Source of the DNA: an uncultured Candidatus Saccharibacteria bacterium | GTDB lineage: Bacteria > Patescibacteriota > Minisyncoccia > Phycocordibacterales > G965230995 | Length of the DNA: 64,000 nucleotides | Reading direction: 5' to 3' | Assembly (NCBI GenBank): GCA_965230995.1 | Contig: OZ246398.1 | Coordinates: forward strand, 73,868 to 137,867 | Part shown: piece by piece, positions 37,446 to 49,098 of the stretch | Position numbering within the stretch: position 1 is the first letter of the stretch | Layout: every line of letters starts with the position of its first letter | Position numbers and translations under genes: made by a program | Notes under the pieces: model-generated | Seen by the model: the letters and a program-made list of their open reading frames with translations, nothing else | What the model was told of the DNA's origin: nothing | Database searches by the model: none

Positions 37446-38099
37446 CTAGTTTTCTAAAATATCTAGAAATTCCAGCTCTTTTTGAATCTTTTTCTCGTAT
37501 TCTTTTAAAAATTCTATGTAATCGACAGCAATTTGTTTTGCCTTTTCGATATGAAAAATAGGCATATAATCACGAATATTTGTCCTTATGTCATCTAAAA
37601 TGCTTTTGGGATCTGCGTATGTTGATTCTGGATTAATGCTGTATAAATAGTTATGTTCATATATGGGTAAATGGGGTGAAAATTGCCCAGATCTTATGAT
37701 TACAGAAGGTGATAGGTTTGCTAATTTATCAGAATCTTGGAGTATTTTTTGGGTCTCTGATTTATGTTCCGGAGAAATATGCGAATGCTCAAGGACTGCA
37801 AAATATATCTCTTGTTTTTCAGATTCAGAAAAATTATCTCCTGTCATTTCAATCATTTCTTTTACTTTTTTTGATACGCTATCACTCGAAACCAGTCTAT
37901 CGATAGAATGAATGAGGCCTGCGACAAAAGCAGTATTTGCAGTTTTTTCGTCACCAGCAATTTTTAGAGCATAGCTCGCAACAGAGATATCATGATCAAA
38001 GCCGTGTCCCCTATTCTTTTTTTCTGAAGTCTTGTGCAAATCTGATATCGCTTCGTATAGATTTTTGTACTTTTCCTTTAATTCTTTAAATGTGGGCAT
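37446..38099 (-). CDS. HD-domain phosphohydrolase-like protein inserted in the S10 operon between rplB and rpsS
   Basis: 217 aa; H..HD motif HGFDHDISVASYALKIA, additional His/Asp downstream. Confidence 0.55.
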   Translation of the reverse strand: MPTFKELKEKYKNLYEAISDLHKTSEKKNRGHGFDHDISVASYALKIAGDEKTANTAFVAGLIHSIDRLVSSDSVSKKVKEMIEMTGDNFSESEKQEIYFAVLEHSHISPEHKSETQKILQDSDKLANLSPSVIIRSGQFSPHLPIYEHNYLYSINPESTYADPKSILDDIRTNIRDYMPIFHIEKAKQIAVDYIEFLKEYEKKIQKELEFLDILEN

Positions 38100-38109
38100 T
38101 GATTTATTA

Positions 38110-38135
38110 TAACAAAAAGACCCCGCAGGGTCTTT
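38110..38135 (-). terminator. terminator after rplB
   Basis: AAAAGACCC-CGCA-GGGUCUUUUU. Confidence 0.7.
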
Positions 38136-38140
38136 TTGTT

Positions 38141-38980
38141 TTATTTCTTTCCAACTTTTCGTCTTCGAACAACAAGATAATTTGAGTATTTCTTTGGAGT
38201 TCTTGATTTCTGTCCTTTTCCTGTTGGTTTTCCGTAAATAGAGATTGCTCGTCTTCGTCCTCGTCCCTGTCTTCCTTCTCCACCACCATGTGGGTGATCA
38301 ACTGGGTTCATTGCAGTACCTCTAACTGTTGGTCTTATACCCTTCCATCTGCTTCTTCCGGCCTTTCCGAGATTAACCAAATGATGCTCTTCGTTTGAAA
38401 CCTGTCCGATTGATGCCCATGCTGTATCTAGAATTTTTCTTACTTCAGATGAAGGCATTTTGATATGAGCATAACCACCATCGTGAGCAATGACTTCAGC
38501 GTAGTTTCCGGCTGATCTTGCCAATTTTGCTCCACCAAGAGGTTTGACTTCGACATTGTATACAAATGTACCAACCTGAATATATTTGAGCTGTGCTCTG
38601 TTTCCTGGTTTGAGAGGGGCTTCTTTTGAGACAATCAATTCTTCACCGACTTTTACAGTCTGAGGCAAAAGGGTGTATCTCTTTTCTCCGTCTTTGTAAT
38701 TTACAAGACCGATGAAACCAGATCGGTTTGGATCGTATTCTACTGAAACAACCTTGAAAGGAATATCAATTTTGTCCATCTTGAAATCAACAAGTCGGTA
38801 TAGTTTTTTGTGTCCTGCACCCTTGTGTCTTGTGTTGATTCTACCTGTATTTCCCCTTCCTACTGATCGCTTGTAACCTTTTGTAAGAGACTTGATTGGC
38901 TCTGCCACTGTCAAAACCTTTCGGTAATTAATACCGGTCATATTTCGACGTGAAGGTGATGTTGGTTTATAGGTTTTCAT
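38141..38980 (-). CDS. rplB: 50S ribosomal protein L2
   Basis: 279 aa; GRNxxGxITxRHxGGGHK-type motifs (RHKGAGHKKLYR), C-terminal PVDHPHGGGEGR. Confidence 0.95.
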   Translation of the reverse strand: MKTYKPTSPSRRNMTGINYRKVLTVAEPIKSLTKGYKRSVGRGNTGRINTRHKGAGHKKLYRLVDFKMDKIDIPFKVVSVEYDPNRSGFIGLVNYKDGEKRYTLLPQTVKVGEELIVSKEAPLKPGNRAQLKYIQVGTFVYNVEVKPLGGAKLARSAGNYAEVIAHDGGYAHIKMPSSEVRKILDTAWASIGQVSNEEHHLVNLGKAGRSRWKGIRPTVRGTAMNPVDHPHGGGEGRQGRGRRRAISIYGKPTGKGQKSRTPKKYSNYLVVRRRKVGKK

Positions 38981-39001
38981 ATTATTTGTGGCAGTGTTTT
39001 A

Positions 39002-39358
39002 TTATACAATCTCGATTTTTTCTTTTTTATCTACATATACATAAGCTTTCTTTCCTCCTTTCTTTGTTCCCCATTTTCCTCTGATGAAAGCTGTTTTTGA
39101 TGGGACTTTTGTCACTCTGATTTTAACTGGAGTGACTTTGTATGTTTCTTTTATCGCAAGAGCAACATCGTGCTTTGTTGATTTTGTGTCTACATCAAAG
39201 ACATAAACATTTTTGTCAGCCGAAAAAGTGGCTTTTTCTGTTATTCGAGGCGCTTTGATAATTCCGCCCAATGTTCTTTCGCCCAAAGAAGCTTCTTTTG
39301 TTGTTTTAGCAACTACTTCTTCTTTTTTGTCTTCACTTTTTTTGCTGAATAATGCCAT
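39002..39358 (-). CDS. rplW: 50S ribosomal protein L23 with N-terminal extension
   Basis: ITEKATFSADKNVYVFDVDTKSTKHDVALAIKETYKVTPVKIRV. Confidence 0.85.
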   Translation of the reverse strand: MALFSKKSEDKKEEVVAKTTKEASLGERTLGGIIKAPRITEKATFSADKNVYVFDVDTKSTKHDVALAIKETYKVTPVKIRVTKVPSKTAFIRGKWGTKKGGKKAYVYVDKKEKIEIV

Positions 39359-39372
39359 ATTGGTATTTTAGA

Positions 39373-40068
39373 TTATTTTACCTTCTTTGCTAGAAGTTTC
39401 TTTGCAGAAAACATCTCTATTATTTTTTCTGGATTTTCAAAAACTACGTATTTGTTGTTTAGAACATCTAGAACATTTAGGTTTCTCGCTTCGATTGCTG
39501 AAAGATTACCAAAGTTTGCAAAACTTTTTTCTACATTGATATCTTTGCTATCAAGAGCGATTACACCAGCATTTCTTTTCTTTGATGCAAGGTATGAAAA
39601 ATTCTTTTCTGCTTTGCTAAGTGATGCGATGACTTCTTTTGCTGTCTTTGTTTTTGGAGCGTCAAAAGAAAAATCTTCTACAAAAATCACTTCGCCGTTT
39701 GTAAGTTTTCGAGAAAGCACAGTATATAGAGCCTTTGTCTTCATCTTTCTGTTTACCTTTCGGTCAAAATTCTTTTCATTTCGAGGACCGTGTGTAATAC
39801 CTCCTTTTACCCAAATAGGAGATCTAGAAGATCCGTGTCTTGCTCTACCTGTTCCCTTCTGTTGCCAAGGCTTTTTTCCACCTCCGCTCACTTCGCCTCT
39901 ATCTTTTGTGTGGGCGACAGGAGTTCTCGCGGTGCTCATCATAGAATTCGCTACTTGCGAAACTAGATCCGCGTTCCAAGACAATCCAAAGACAGCCTCT
40001 GGAAGAGTTATCTTTTTTACTTCTTTTCCTTTTTGGTTATAAACAGTTGCTTCCATAATGCTGTCCAA
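39373..40068 (-). CDS. rplD: 50S ribosomal protein L4
   Basis: 231 aa; KPWQQKGTGRARHGSSRSPIWVKGG. Confidence 0.9.
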   Translation of the reverse strand: MDSIMEATVYNQKGKEVKKITLPEAVFGLSWNADLVSQVANSMMSTARTPVAHTKDRGEVSGGGKKPWQQKGTGRARHGSSRSPIWVKGGITHGPRNEKNFDRKVNRKMKTKALYTVLSRKLTNGEVIFVEDFSFDAPKTKTAKEVIASLSKAEKNFSYLASKKRNAGVIALDSKDINVEKSFANFGNLSAIEARNLNVLDVLNNKYVVFENPEKIIEMFSAKKLLAKKVK

Positions 40069-40097
40069 TATTACTTAAAATTTATATTATGTCTAGT

Positions 40098-40706
40098 TTA
40101 GGCGGTGATTTCAACAAGAGTTCCTCTCCTTCCTGCAATTGCACCCTGAATGAAAATCTGATTATTTTCTGAATCAACTGCAACTACTTTTAGGTTCTTT
40201 GTTGTAATTCTATCTCCACCCATTCTTCCTGCCATTCTCATTCCTTTTGGTACTCGGCCTCCATTTCTAGTACCTCCAGAAATAGAACCTGGTGCGTTTT
40301 CTGAGTGTTTCTGTCCGTGTGATCTTGGGCCTCCTTTGAAACCGTGTCTTTTTATGACGCTCTGAAAACCTTTTCCTTTTGAGACTGCAGATACGGTTAC
40401 TATATCTCCAACAGCAAAAGAAGAAACATTTAGAGTATCACCGACTTTTTCTTCTCCTGCTTTTCCAAATTCGCGCACATGTGCAAAATTACCGAGATTT
40501 TTGAAATGACCTTGCTGAGCTTTGTTTATGTTTTTTACTTTTCTTTCGCCAAAGCCAACCTGCACGGCCTCGTATCCGTCCTTTTCTTTTGTTTTTATTT
40601 GTGTCACAACCACTGGCCCGGCATTTACTACCGTAGCGACGTGCACATTACCCGCATCATCGAAGATTTGGGTCATATTCAGTTTTTTTCCAAGTATGAA
40701 TTTCAT
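40098..40706 (-). CDS. rplC: 50S ribosomal protein L3
   Basis: MKFILGKKLNMTQIFDDAGNVHVATVV...FKGGPRSHGQKH. Confidence 0.9.
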   Translation of the reverse strand: MKFILGKKLNMTQIFDDAGNVHVATVVNAGPVVVTQIKTKEKDGYEAVQVGFGERKVKNINKAQQGHFKNLGNFAHVREFGKAGEEKVGDTLNVSSFAVGDIVTVSAVSKGKGFQSVIKRHGFKGGPRSHGQKHSENAPGSISGGTRNGGRVPKGMRMAGRMGGDRITTKNLKVVAVDSENNQIFIQGAIAGRRGTLVEITA

Positions 40707-40832
40707 CCCGTTTGTATTAATTTGCTATGCGCTAATTTTCATAAAGTTCACAGCCAAGTTATGAACTTTGAAACATTAATTAGCTTATTTCCGAGCCCTC
40801 TTTGAGAAGAGCTCGGATAAAGCTCGTTAATG

Positions 40833-41198
40833 CTACATCATTTTTACATCAATATTCACTCCAGAAGGAAGATTGAGGTTCGTTAGAGACTCGATCACCT
40901 TTGCGCTTGGATTGATGATATCAATTAATCGCTTGTGTGTTCGCATCTCGAATTGCTCTCGCGCGTTTTTGTAAACGAATGTTGAACGGTTAACCGTGTA
41001 CTTTTTCTTTGCAGTAGGAAGAGGGATAGGACCTAATACTTCGGCGTCGAAACGCAAAGCTGTATCCATAATCTGTTTTACTGAAAGATCAAGCACTTTG
41101 TATTCGTATGCACGAACCCTTATTCGAAGCTTGCTTCCTGTTTCCTTCTTTGTTTTTGATGTTGCCTTTGGGGCTGTTTTTGTAGCAGTTTTAGCCAT
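40833..41198 (-). CDS. rpsJ: 30S ribosomal protein S10 with N-terminal extension
   Basis: [15 protein letters not shown]...[14 protein letters not shown]. Confidence 0.9.
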   Translation of the reverse strand: MAKTATKTAPKATSKTKKETGSKLRIRVRAYEYKVLDLSVKQIMDTALRFDAEVLGPIPLPTAKKKYTVNRSTFVYKNAREQFEMRTHKRLIDIINPSAKVIESLTNLNLPSGVNIDVKMM

Positions 41199-41213
41199 AT
41201 TTTTTAGTTGTAT

Positions 41214-42407
<1,194 letters not shown>

Positions 42408-42640
42408 ATAAATTATTATTAATTGATTAACTAAGAGAAGTGAGCGCGCGAGAAAGGCTCAGTACTCCCAATTAATTCTGATAATTCTTATAAATTCTGT
42501 GCTTTCGTTTGAATGATAACAAACAAAAACAACGCAAAATGCGGTACCGCCCATAATAGCAGAAAGCAAGAGAGTGTCAATAGGATTAAAGGGTTTTTCT
42601 GATTTTTTTGATACTTTTGAAAATTAGAAAAATGAGCAAA

Positions 42641-42667
42641 AGAAAAAAACCGGCTTTCGCCGGTTTT
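42641..42667 (-). terminator. terminator after fusA
   Basis: AAAAAAACCGGC-UUUC-GCCGGUUUUUUU. Confidence 0.75.
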
Positions 42668-42673
42668 TTTCTT

Positions 42674-44815
42674 TTATTTTGTTCTCTTTTCAACTATTTC
42701 TTTTTCAATGTTTCCTGGAACAACTGCGTATTCTGCAAATTCCATAGTAGATGTTCCGCGACCTTCTGTCATAGAACGTAGGGCAGTAACGTATCCGAAC
42801 ATTTCAGAAAGAGGTACTTTTGCAGTGATAACCTTTAGATCGCCTCGATCACCCATACTTTCTACTTGTCCTCTTTTTGATGAAAGATTTCCAGTAATGT
42901 CACCCATGAATTTTTCTGGGACAACGACTTCGACTTTCATTATAGGTTCAAGAATAACTGGTTTTGCTCGCTTTGCCGCATCTTGGAAAGCCTGTGAAGC
43001 TGCAATCTTGTAAGCAATTTCAGAAGAGTCGACATCGTGATATGAACCAAAAGTAAGTTCTGCTGAAATATTTGTCATCTTGTATCCAGCAACAACTCCT
43101 CTTTCCATACCTTCTTTAATTCCCTTTTCAACTGCTGGGATGAATTCCTGTGGGATAACACCTCCCTTGATTGAATCGATGAATTCGAAATCAGCATATC
43201 TCTTTACGTTCTTTGGCTGTTTCTTTTCTGGATCAATAGGCGGAAGAGGTTTGATATTGATTTTAACGTGACCATATTGTCCTTTACCACCAGACTGTTT
43301 GATATATTTGTGTTCTGCTTCAGCAGTTGCCAAAATAGTTTCTTTGTAAGCAACCATTGGTTTTCCAACATTTGCTTCAACTTTGAACTCTCTTTTCATT
43401 CGGTCAACGATAATTTCAAGATGGAGTTCACCCATACCTTTGATAACAGTTTCTCCTGTCTCTGAATTAGTTTCGATTTTGAATGTTGGGTCTTCATCTG
43501 AAAGTCTCTTTAGAGCCATACCCATTTTTTCTTGGTCAGCTTTTGTCTTTGGTTCGATTCGAAGAGAGATAACTGGTTCTGGGAATTTAATTTCTTCAAG
43601 GATGATTGGATTGTTTTCATCACAGAAAGTGTGAGATGTTTTTGCTTCTTTAAGACCAACGGCAGCGGCAATTTCTCCAGCGTGTACTTCTTTTACTTCC
43701 ATTCGTTCATTTGCTTGAAGTCTCACAATTCTACCAAGTCTTTCTTTGTTTCCTGTAGTTGAGTTATACAAATATGATCCAGAAGAAACAACACCTGAAT
43801 AAACTCTAAAGAATGTAAGCTGTCCTACAAATGGATCGGCTTGCAATTTGAAAGCCAAAGCAGAGAAAGGTTCCTCGTCAGAAGCGTGTCTGACAATTTC
43901 GTTTCCTGTTTTTGGATCTATTCCTTTAATAGGAGGAACATCCAAAGGTGAAGGCAAGTAATCAACCACAGCATCCAAAACCAGTTGTACACCCTTGTTT
44001 TTCAAAGCAGATCCAGTCAAGACTGGAATAAGTTTAATATCCAAACAAGCCTTTCTAAGTGTTTTCTTTAATTCATCAACTGTGATCTCTCCTCCTTCAA
44101 AGAAACGATTCATCAGAGCTTCATCGTGTTCTACAATTTTTTCAACCAATTTTGCTCTTTCTGCTTCGGCTTCTTTTTTGTATTCTTCTGGGATTTCAGC
44201 TTCTCTGATTGCGTTTCCCATTTCTCCTTCAAAATAGAAGGCTTTCATTTTAATTAGGTCAATCACACCTTCAAATTTGTCTTCAGATCCGATAGGAAGC
44301 TGAATTTTGACAGCATTTTTGTTCAATCTGTTTAGAATTGATTGGTATGATCTTTCAAAGCTTGCTCCTGTTCGATCGAGCTTGTTTATAAAACAAATTC
44401 GTGGAACATGACTTTCGTCAGCATATCGCCAGTTAGTTTCTGATTGAGATTCAACTCCGGCAACTCCGTCGAACACGACAACAGCACCGTCGAGCACCAT
44501 AAGCGATCGCTTTACTTCTACTGTAAAGTCGATGTGTCCGGGTGTATCAATAACGTTAAATCTGTGCTTTCGAGAAAGATCCTGACCCATATAGGTAGGA
44601 TTCCAAAAACAAGTGATAGCAGCAGCGGTAATTGTAATACCTCGCTCTTTTTCCTGTTCCATCCAGTCGGTAGTTGCTTCACCATCGTGAACTTCTCCGA
44701 TTTTGTGTGATTCTCCTGTGTAATAGAGGATTCGCTCTGATGTCGTAGTTTTTCCGGCATCAATGTGAGCAATGATTCCAAAGTTACGTACTTTTTCTAA
44801 TGGATAATCTCTCAT
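42674..44815 (-). CDS. fusA: elongation factor G
   Basis: [21 protein letters not shown], 713 aa. Confidence 0.97.
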   Translation of the reverse strand: MRDYPLEKVRNFGIIAHIDAGKTTTSERILYYTGESHKIGEVHDGEATTDWMEQEKERGITITAAAITCFWNPTYMGQDLSRKHRFNVIDTPGHIDFTVEVKRSLMVLDGAVVVFDGVAGVESQSETNWRYADESHVPRICFINKLDRTGASFERSYQSILNRLNKNAVKIQLPIGSEDKFEGVIDLIKMKAFYFEGEMGNAIREAEIPEEYKKEAEAERAKLVEKIVEHDEALMNRFFEGGEITVDELKKTLRKACLDIKLIPVLTGSALKNKGVQLVLDAVVDYLPSPLDVPPIKGIDPKTGNEIVRHASDEEPFSALAFKLQADPFVGQLTFFRVYSGVVSSGSYLYNSTTGNKERLGRIVRLQANERMEVKEVHAGEIAAAVGLKEAKTSHTFCDENNPIILEEIKFPEPVISLRIEPKTKADQEKMGMALKRLSDEDPTFKIETNSETGETVIKGMGELHLEIIVDRMKREFKVEANVGKPMVAYKETILATAEAEHKYIKQSGGKGQYGHVKINIKPLPPIDPEKKQPKNVKRYADFEFIDSIKGGVIPQEFIPAVEKGIKEGMERGVVAGYKMTNISAELTFGSYHDVDSSEIAYKIAASQAFQDAAKRAKPVILEPIMKVEVVVPEKFMGDITGNLSSKRGQVESMGDRGDLKVITAKVPLSEMFGYVTALRSMTEGRGTSTMEFAEYAVVPGNIEKEIVEKRTK

Positions 44816-44875
44816 ATTTTTATATTAATTTTGAATTGAATAGATCTATAAAGACAAAGCGCAACGAACACAAAA

Positions 44876-45346
44876 CTACCAAGCGAAGTGTGCGAATGCT
44901 TTGTTTGCTTCTGCCATCTTGTGGACGTTTTCTCGTTTTGTAACTGCTGCTCCTTCGTTTTTGCTTGCGAGTATTATTTCATCAGAAAGCTTTTCTACCA
45001 TTGGTTTTCCCTTTCCTGACCTTGCGGCTGCGATTATCCATTTCATAGAATATTCTTCCTTTCGTTTTGGTCTGACTTCTACTGGAACCTGGTAGTTTGC
45101 TCCACCGACTCTTCTTGATCTAACTTCCATAGAAGGACCAACATTTCGGAGAGCCTGCTCGAATACTTCGATAGGATTTTCTGTTTTTGCTTTTTCTTTG
45201 ATTGACTCAAAAGCACCATAAACTATTTCCCTCGCTGTGTTTTTCTTTCCCTTCTCCATTATATAGTTAATGAACTTTTCAACTTTTTGTGAGCTGAATT
45301 TGATGTCAGGTTTTACTATATTTCGATTTTTTACCTTTCTTCGCAT
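44876..45346 (-). CDS. rpsG: 30S ribosomal protein S7
   Basis: 156 aa, conserved S7 core. Confidence 0.95.
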   Translation of the reverse strand: MRRKVKNRNIVKPDIKFSSQKVEKFINYIMEKGKKNTAREIVYGAFESIKEKAKTENPIEVFEQALRNVGPSMEVRSRRVGGANYQVPVEVRPKRKEEYSMKWIIAAARSGKGKPMVEKLSDEIILASKNEGAAVTKRENVHKMAEANKAFAHFAW

Positions 45347-45365
45347 ATTAGAAAATAGTTAAATA

Positions 45366-45779
45366 TTAAGCCTTCTTTGGCTTTTTGTTTCCGTAAAGTG
45401 ATCGACCCTTTCTTCGGCTTTCAACTCCGGCAGCATCGAGTCGTCCTCGAACCACCTTGTATCTTGTACCAACGTCTTTTGTCTTTCCACCTCGGACAAC
45501 CACCACAGAGTGTTCCTGTAGGTTGTGTCCCATTCCTGGAATATAGGCTGTAATTTCTTGTCCGTTTGTAAGACGAACTCTCGCGATTTTTCGTATAGCT
45601 GAGTTAGGTTTCTTTGGAGTTTTTGTTGTAACTTTTACACAAACACCTCTTTTAAATGGTGATGGGTAAAATGTTGGTTTGTTCTTTATGGTATTGAAAC
45701 CACGAAGCAACATTTTTGATCTCACTTTTCGTGAGACTTTCTTTCGTCCTTTTTTTACTAATTGATTTACTGTCGACAT
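45366..45779 (-). CDS. rpsL: 30S ribosomal protein S12
   Basis: [28 protein letters not shown]. Confidence 0.95.
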   Translation of the reverse strand: MSTVNQLVKKGRKKVSRKVRSKMLLRGFNTIKNKPTFYPSPFKRGVCVKVTTKTPKKPNSAIRKIARVRLTNGQEITAYIPGMGHNLQEHSVVVVRGGKTKDVGTRYKVVRGRLDAAGVESRRKGRSLYGNKKPKKA

Positions 45780-45913
45780 TTTATTTTAATGTTTTAACAA
45801 CTCGCTGTCCCAGCTATGAAACAGACTTTTTCTCTTTTTGTAGCATTTTAAAATTAGCCACAAAAGAAAAAACAAGTGGCAATACTTTAATACAAATTAC
45901 GTTTAAATGCAAG

Positions 45914-46528
45914 CTAAAGAAGGAGTCCTGAGATAAGCATCACAATATTTAAAAAATAGTCCCAGACAAAAAATATAAAGAAAAGTAATATTACAAAGCC
46001 ATATTTCTCTAAAATATTCTTTATGTGGCTGTATTTATATGGCAAAATAGAGAAAAGTATCTTTGAACCATCAAGAGGTGGTATCGGGACGAGGTTAAAT
46101 ATTGCCAAAATCATATTTATCATAACGATAAAACCCGTGATTTTATCGAATCCCTCATTTTGAATTCCTAAATTAGGTGCTAAATGTAGAAACACCGAGA
46201 AAACAATTGCAACACATATATTAGACAGAGGACCAGCCATAGCAACGAGTGCATCTCCCCATTTTTGATTTGATAGATTGTATGGATTATATGGAACAGG
46301 TTTTGCCCAACCAAAAACGAAATTGCCTTTTGTCGCAATTGACATAAGTAACGGGAGAATAATCGTACCAAAAGGATCGATATGCTTTACAGGATTAAGA
46401 GTTAACCTACCAGCGAGTTTTGCTGTTTTATCGCCTAGCGCAAGAGCCATATACCCATGAGAGACCTCGTGGATAATAATCGAAAAAAGTACTACTGCTA
46501 TCATTAATATCGTTTCCATAAAAAACAT
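45914..46528 (-). CDS. site-2 protease family (peptidase M50) membrane metalloprotease
   Basis: 204 aa, HEVSHG (HExxH) in TM helix, LNLVPIPPLDG motif. Confidence 0.65.
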   Translation of the reverse strand: MFFMETILMIAVVLFSIIIHEVSHGYMALALGDKTAKLAGRLTLNPVKHIDPFGTIILPLLMSIATKGNFVFGWAKPVPYNPYNLSNQKWGDALVAMAGPLSNICVAIVFSVFLHLAPNLGIQNEGFDKITGFIVMINMILAIFNLVPIPPLDGSKILFSILPYKYSHIKNILEKYGFVILLFFIFFVWDYFLNIVMLISGLLL

Positions 46529-46586
46529 TGTATCACAGAAGAAATAACTATTGCGAAAAAATATACACTATGTTAGGATAGCCCGC

Positions 46587-46829
46587 ATGGCAAAGAAATG
46601 CGCAATAACAGGAAAAGGGTCAAGAATGGCTGGTGGATACAGTAACCGAACTCGAGCCACACAATTTAACCCTACAGGAATGACAAGGAAATATCCTAAT
46701 CTTCAGAAAAAGAGGATTTATATTCCTGAACTTAAAAAGACAGTGATTCTAAACGTTTCAGCTCGCGCAATCAAAACTCTAAATAAAAACGGCGCTTACA
46801 GAACACTAAAGGAAGCTGGAATAATTTAA
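46587..46829 (+). CDS. rpmB: 50S ribosomal protein L28 (start at MAKKCAITGK; ORF track starts at 46551)
   Basis: CAITGKGSRMAGGYSNRTRATQFNPTG..VSARAIKTL. Confidence 0.75.
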   Translation: MAKKCAITGKGSRMAGGYSNRTRATQFNPTGMTRKYPNLQKKRIYIPELKKTVILNVSARAIKTLNKNGAYRTLKEAGII

Positions 46830-46842
46830 ATTAATTGTAAAA

Positions 46843-46870
46843 GCGCCCCGCCTTCGGCGGGGCGCTTTTA
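46843..46870 (+). terminator. terminator after rpmB
   Basis: AAAAGCGCCCCGCC-UUCG-GCGGGGCGCUUUU. Confidence 0.75.
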
Positions 46871-46958
46871 CTTTACTTTTACAAAAAATAATATAGGGTT
46901 TTACCCAGAGTCAGACATCCGTCTGACAAAAAAGAACCTCAAACAAAGACTGAAAGCA

Positions 46959-47570
46959 ATGGCCACAAACTGGAGAGTTCAATTCGAGAGACGTCGCGAG
47001 ATATGGGTCCACAACGGAAGCGATCACACACCGCATTTGGTGCTTCCATCCGGGCTTCACTCAGACGGCTTCTTCGATGTCGAGGGAATCAAGAACAACG
47101 ACAGTCAGCTAGCGCTCGCTTCTATTGGTCTTCTGACCAAACTTTCCGGCCACATTGACCTCTGCGAAGCAGGAGGTGTCGTTGGGCACCAACATCTCGC
47201 GGAACCACTATCGAATGACATCACCCGCCGCACGCACGGCAGTGAGAGCCTCTGGGTTTCCCCAATCGGGGAGTCAGACGAGATGTCATTTTGCGAAGAA
47301 GACGCAAAGTCACTTCTAAGGAGAACGGTCATCATCTGTGATTTCGTCGCTAGCGCTGGCCGTATCAAGTCAATGGCAGATGCTGTTCTGAGGGCTGGCG
47401 GGTTAGTACTGCCTTACGCGCTCGTCCTCCTCAACCCCATGGGCTATGCCCGAATCGACGACGACATGCTCGTCATCTCGCTCGTGAACCAGCAGATGAA
47501 CAGATGGGAGCCCCAAGACTGTCCCCTGTGCAAGATGGGGTCGTCAGCCGTCAGCACCATCGACAGTTAA
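46959..47570 (+). CDS. phosphoribosyltransferase-like (OPRTase/PyrE-like type I PRTase fold) protein with C-terminal CxxC, encoded in GC-rich island 4
   Basis: 203 aa; LPSGLHSDGFFDVEGI (PRPP-loop-like), RTVIICDFVASAGRIKSMADAV (PRTase hydrophobic-acidic motif); markedly GC-rich codons; hairpin terminator 47605-47628. Confidence 0.45.
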   Translation: MATNWRVQFERRREIWVHNGSDHTPHLVLPSGLHSDGFFDVEGIKNNDSQLALASIGLLTKLSGHIDLCEAGGVVGHQHLAEPLSNDITRRTHGSESLWVSPIGESDEMSFCEEDAKSLLRRTVIICDFVASAGRIKSMADAVLRAGGLVLPYALVLLNPMGYARIDDDMLVISLVNQQMNRWEPQDCPLCKMGSSAVSTIDS

Positions 47571-47632
47571 CCCCCTCGCCAAAAAAGAAATTGGTGAGAA
47601 CCCGGCTCCGCACACAATGCGGAGCCGAAACT

Positions 47633-48445
47633 TTAAAACTCAATTCTCCCTAATGTAATTGTGGACAAAAAAGGTATCGAGAGACTTTTTAATCTATCAA
47701 TTGTTTCTTTGCTTGGATGTCCGTATTGGTTGTTTTTGCCAGCAGAAATTATTGCAACCTTTGGTTTTACATAATTCAGAAAATCTTTTGAACTCGAAGT
47801 CTTTGAACCGTGATGCCCGAGTTTCAAAACATCACTCTGCAAATCATTTTTGAATTTAGAAATTAATTTTGCCTCTACTTTCTGTGTGGCATCCCCAGTT
47901 AAAAGAAAAGAACCTTTGTTCATTTGAACCCTTGCAACTATCGACCCCTCGTTTCCTTTTTCAACATTTTCTTTTGTAAATGGAAATAATATTTTCAAAA
48001 CTACATTATTACCTAAATCTATCACTTCCCCACTTTTGACTATTTTAACAGGAATATTCTTTGACTTTGCTTTTGATAAAAAATCGCTTGCTGTTTTTGT
48101 TGTGGTCTCCGCCCCATTTATCAAAACCAAACCAATATCATAGGAATCCAAAATATATTCAAATCCTCCAATATGATCCGCGTCAAAATGTGATGCCATA
48201 ATTACATCAATATGTTTATCTCCGTATTTCATCACTTCTCGCAATTCTGGAATAACTTCTTTCCCTCTACCCGAATCAAGCAAAAGCTGATTACCGTTTT
48301 TTGATTCAATTAAAATACTGTCCCCTTGGCCAACATCAAGAAAAACTAGTCTCTCAAAACTAACAGAAAAAGTTAGAGAATATATGAAGATAAAAATAGA
48401 AAAGAAGAAAAAAGACCAAACAGATATGACTAGATATTTCTTCAT
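47633..48445 (-). CDS. ComEC-type metallo-beta-lactamase domain protein (C-terminal half of ComEC as separate ORF with own TM anchor)
   Basis: LDVGQGDSILIE start motif of ComEC MBL domain, HFDADHIGG. Confidence 0.6.
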   Translation of the reverse strand: MKKYLVISVWSFFFFSIFIFIYSLTFSVSFERLVFLDVGQGDSILIESKNGNQLLLDSGRGKEVIPELREVMKYGDKHIDVIMASHFDADHIGGFEYILDSYDIGLVLINGAETTTKTASDFLSKAKSKNIPVKIVKSGEVIDLGNNVVLKILFPFTKENVEKGNEGSIVARVQMNKGSFLLTGDATQKVEAKLISKFKNDLQSDVLKLGHHGSKTSSSKDFLNYVKPKVAIISAGKNNQYGHPSKETIDRLKSLSIPFLSTITLGRIEF

Positions 48446-48516
48446 TCTACAATTTTAGCACCTTTTGTTTATGTGGCACCTTGTTATAATGAATACATAT
48501 AAGATAAAACAAAAAA

Positions 48517-49098
48517 ATGTACACACCAAAAACTTTTAACATTCCAAAACTTGTGGGTATTTCAGAGAAAACAATAGCCGAGCACATAAAACTTTACGAA
48601 GGTTATGTAAAAAATACAAATGGAATTATAGAAAAAATTAACGAGCTCGCAGTTGATTCAGAGAAAAATGCTTACCTGCTCGGTGAAGTCCAGCGAAGAT
48701 TCGGTTTTGAATTTGGAGGAATGAGAAATCATGAATATTATTTTGGCTCTCTTGAAAACGGACCGAAAGAAATATCAAAAGAAAGCGGTCTATATAAAAG
48801 CATAGAAAGCGAATATGATTCTTTTGAAAAATGGCTTACAAGATTTAAAGCAATCGCTCTAACGAGAGGCATTGGCTGGGCAATGCTATATAGAGATACA
48901 AAAACAAATAGACTTTTATCAACATGGATAGACGAACAACACATTGGGCATTTGGCTGGTTGCGAAATAATTCTTGCTTTGGATATGTGGGAACATTCTT
49001 TTGTTGCCGATTATATGCCGAGCGGTAAAAAGCAATATGTCGAAGATTTCTTTTCTAATTTGAATTGGGACTTTGTAACAGAAAATTACAAAGTATAG
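48517..49098 (+). CDS. Fe/Mn superoxide dismutase family protein
   Basis: 193 aa; C-terminal D-WEH-(x)4-Y motif (ALDMWEHSFVADY), conserved NH..Y; N-terminal His pair partly degenerate. Confidence 0.55.
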   Translation: MYTPKTFNIPKLVGISEKTIAEHIKLYEGYVKNTNGIIEKINELAVDSEKNAYLLGEVQRRFGFEFGGMRNHEYYFGSLENGPKEISKESGLYKSIESEYDSFEKWLTRFKAIALTRGIGWAMLYRDTKTNRLLSTWIDEQHIGHLAGCEIILALDMWEHSFVADYMPSGKKQYVEDFFSNLNWDFVTENYKV

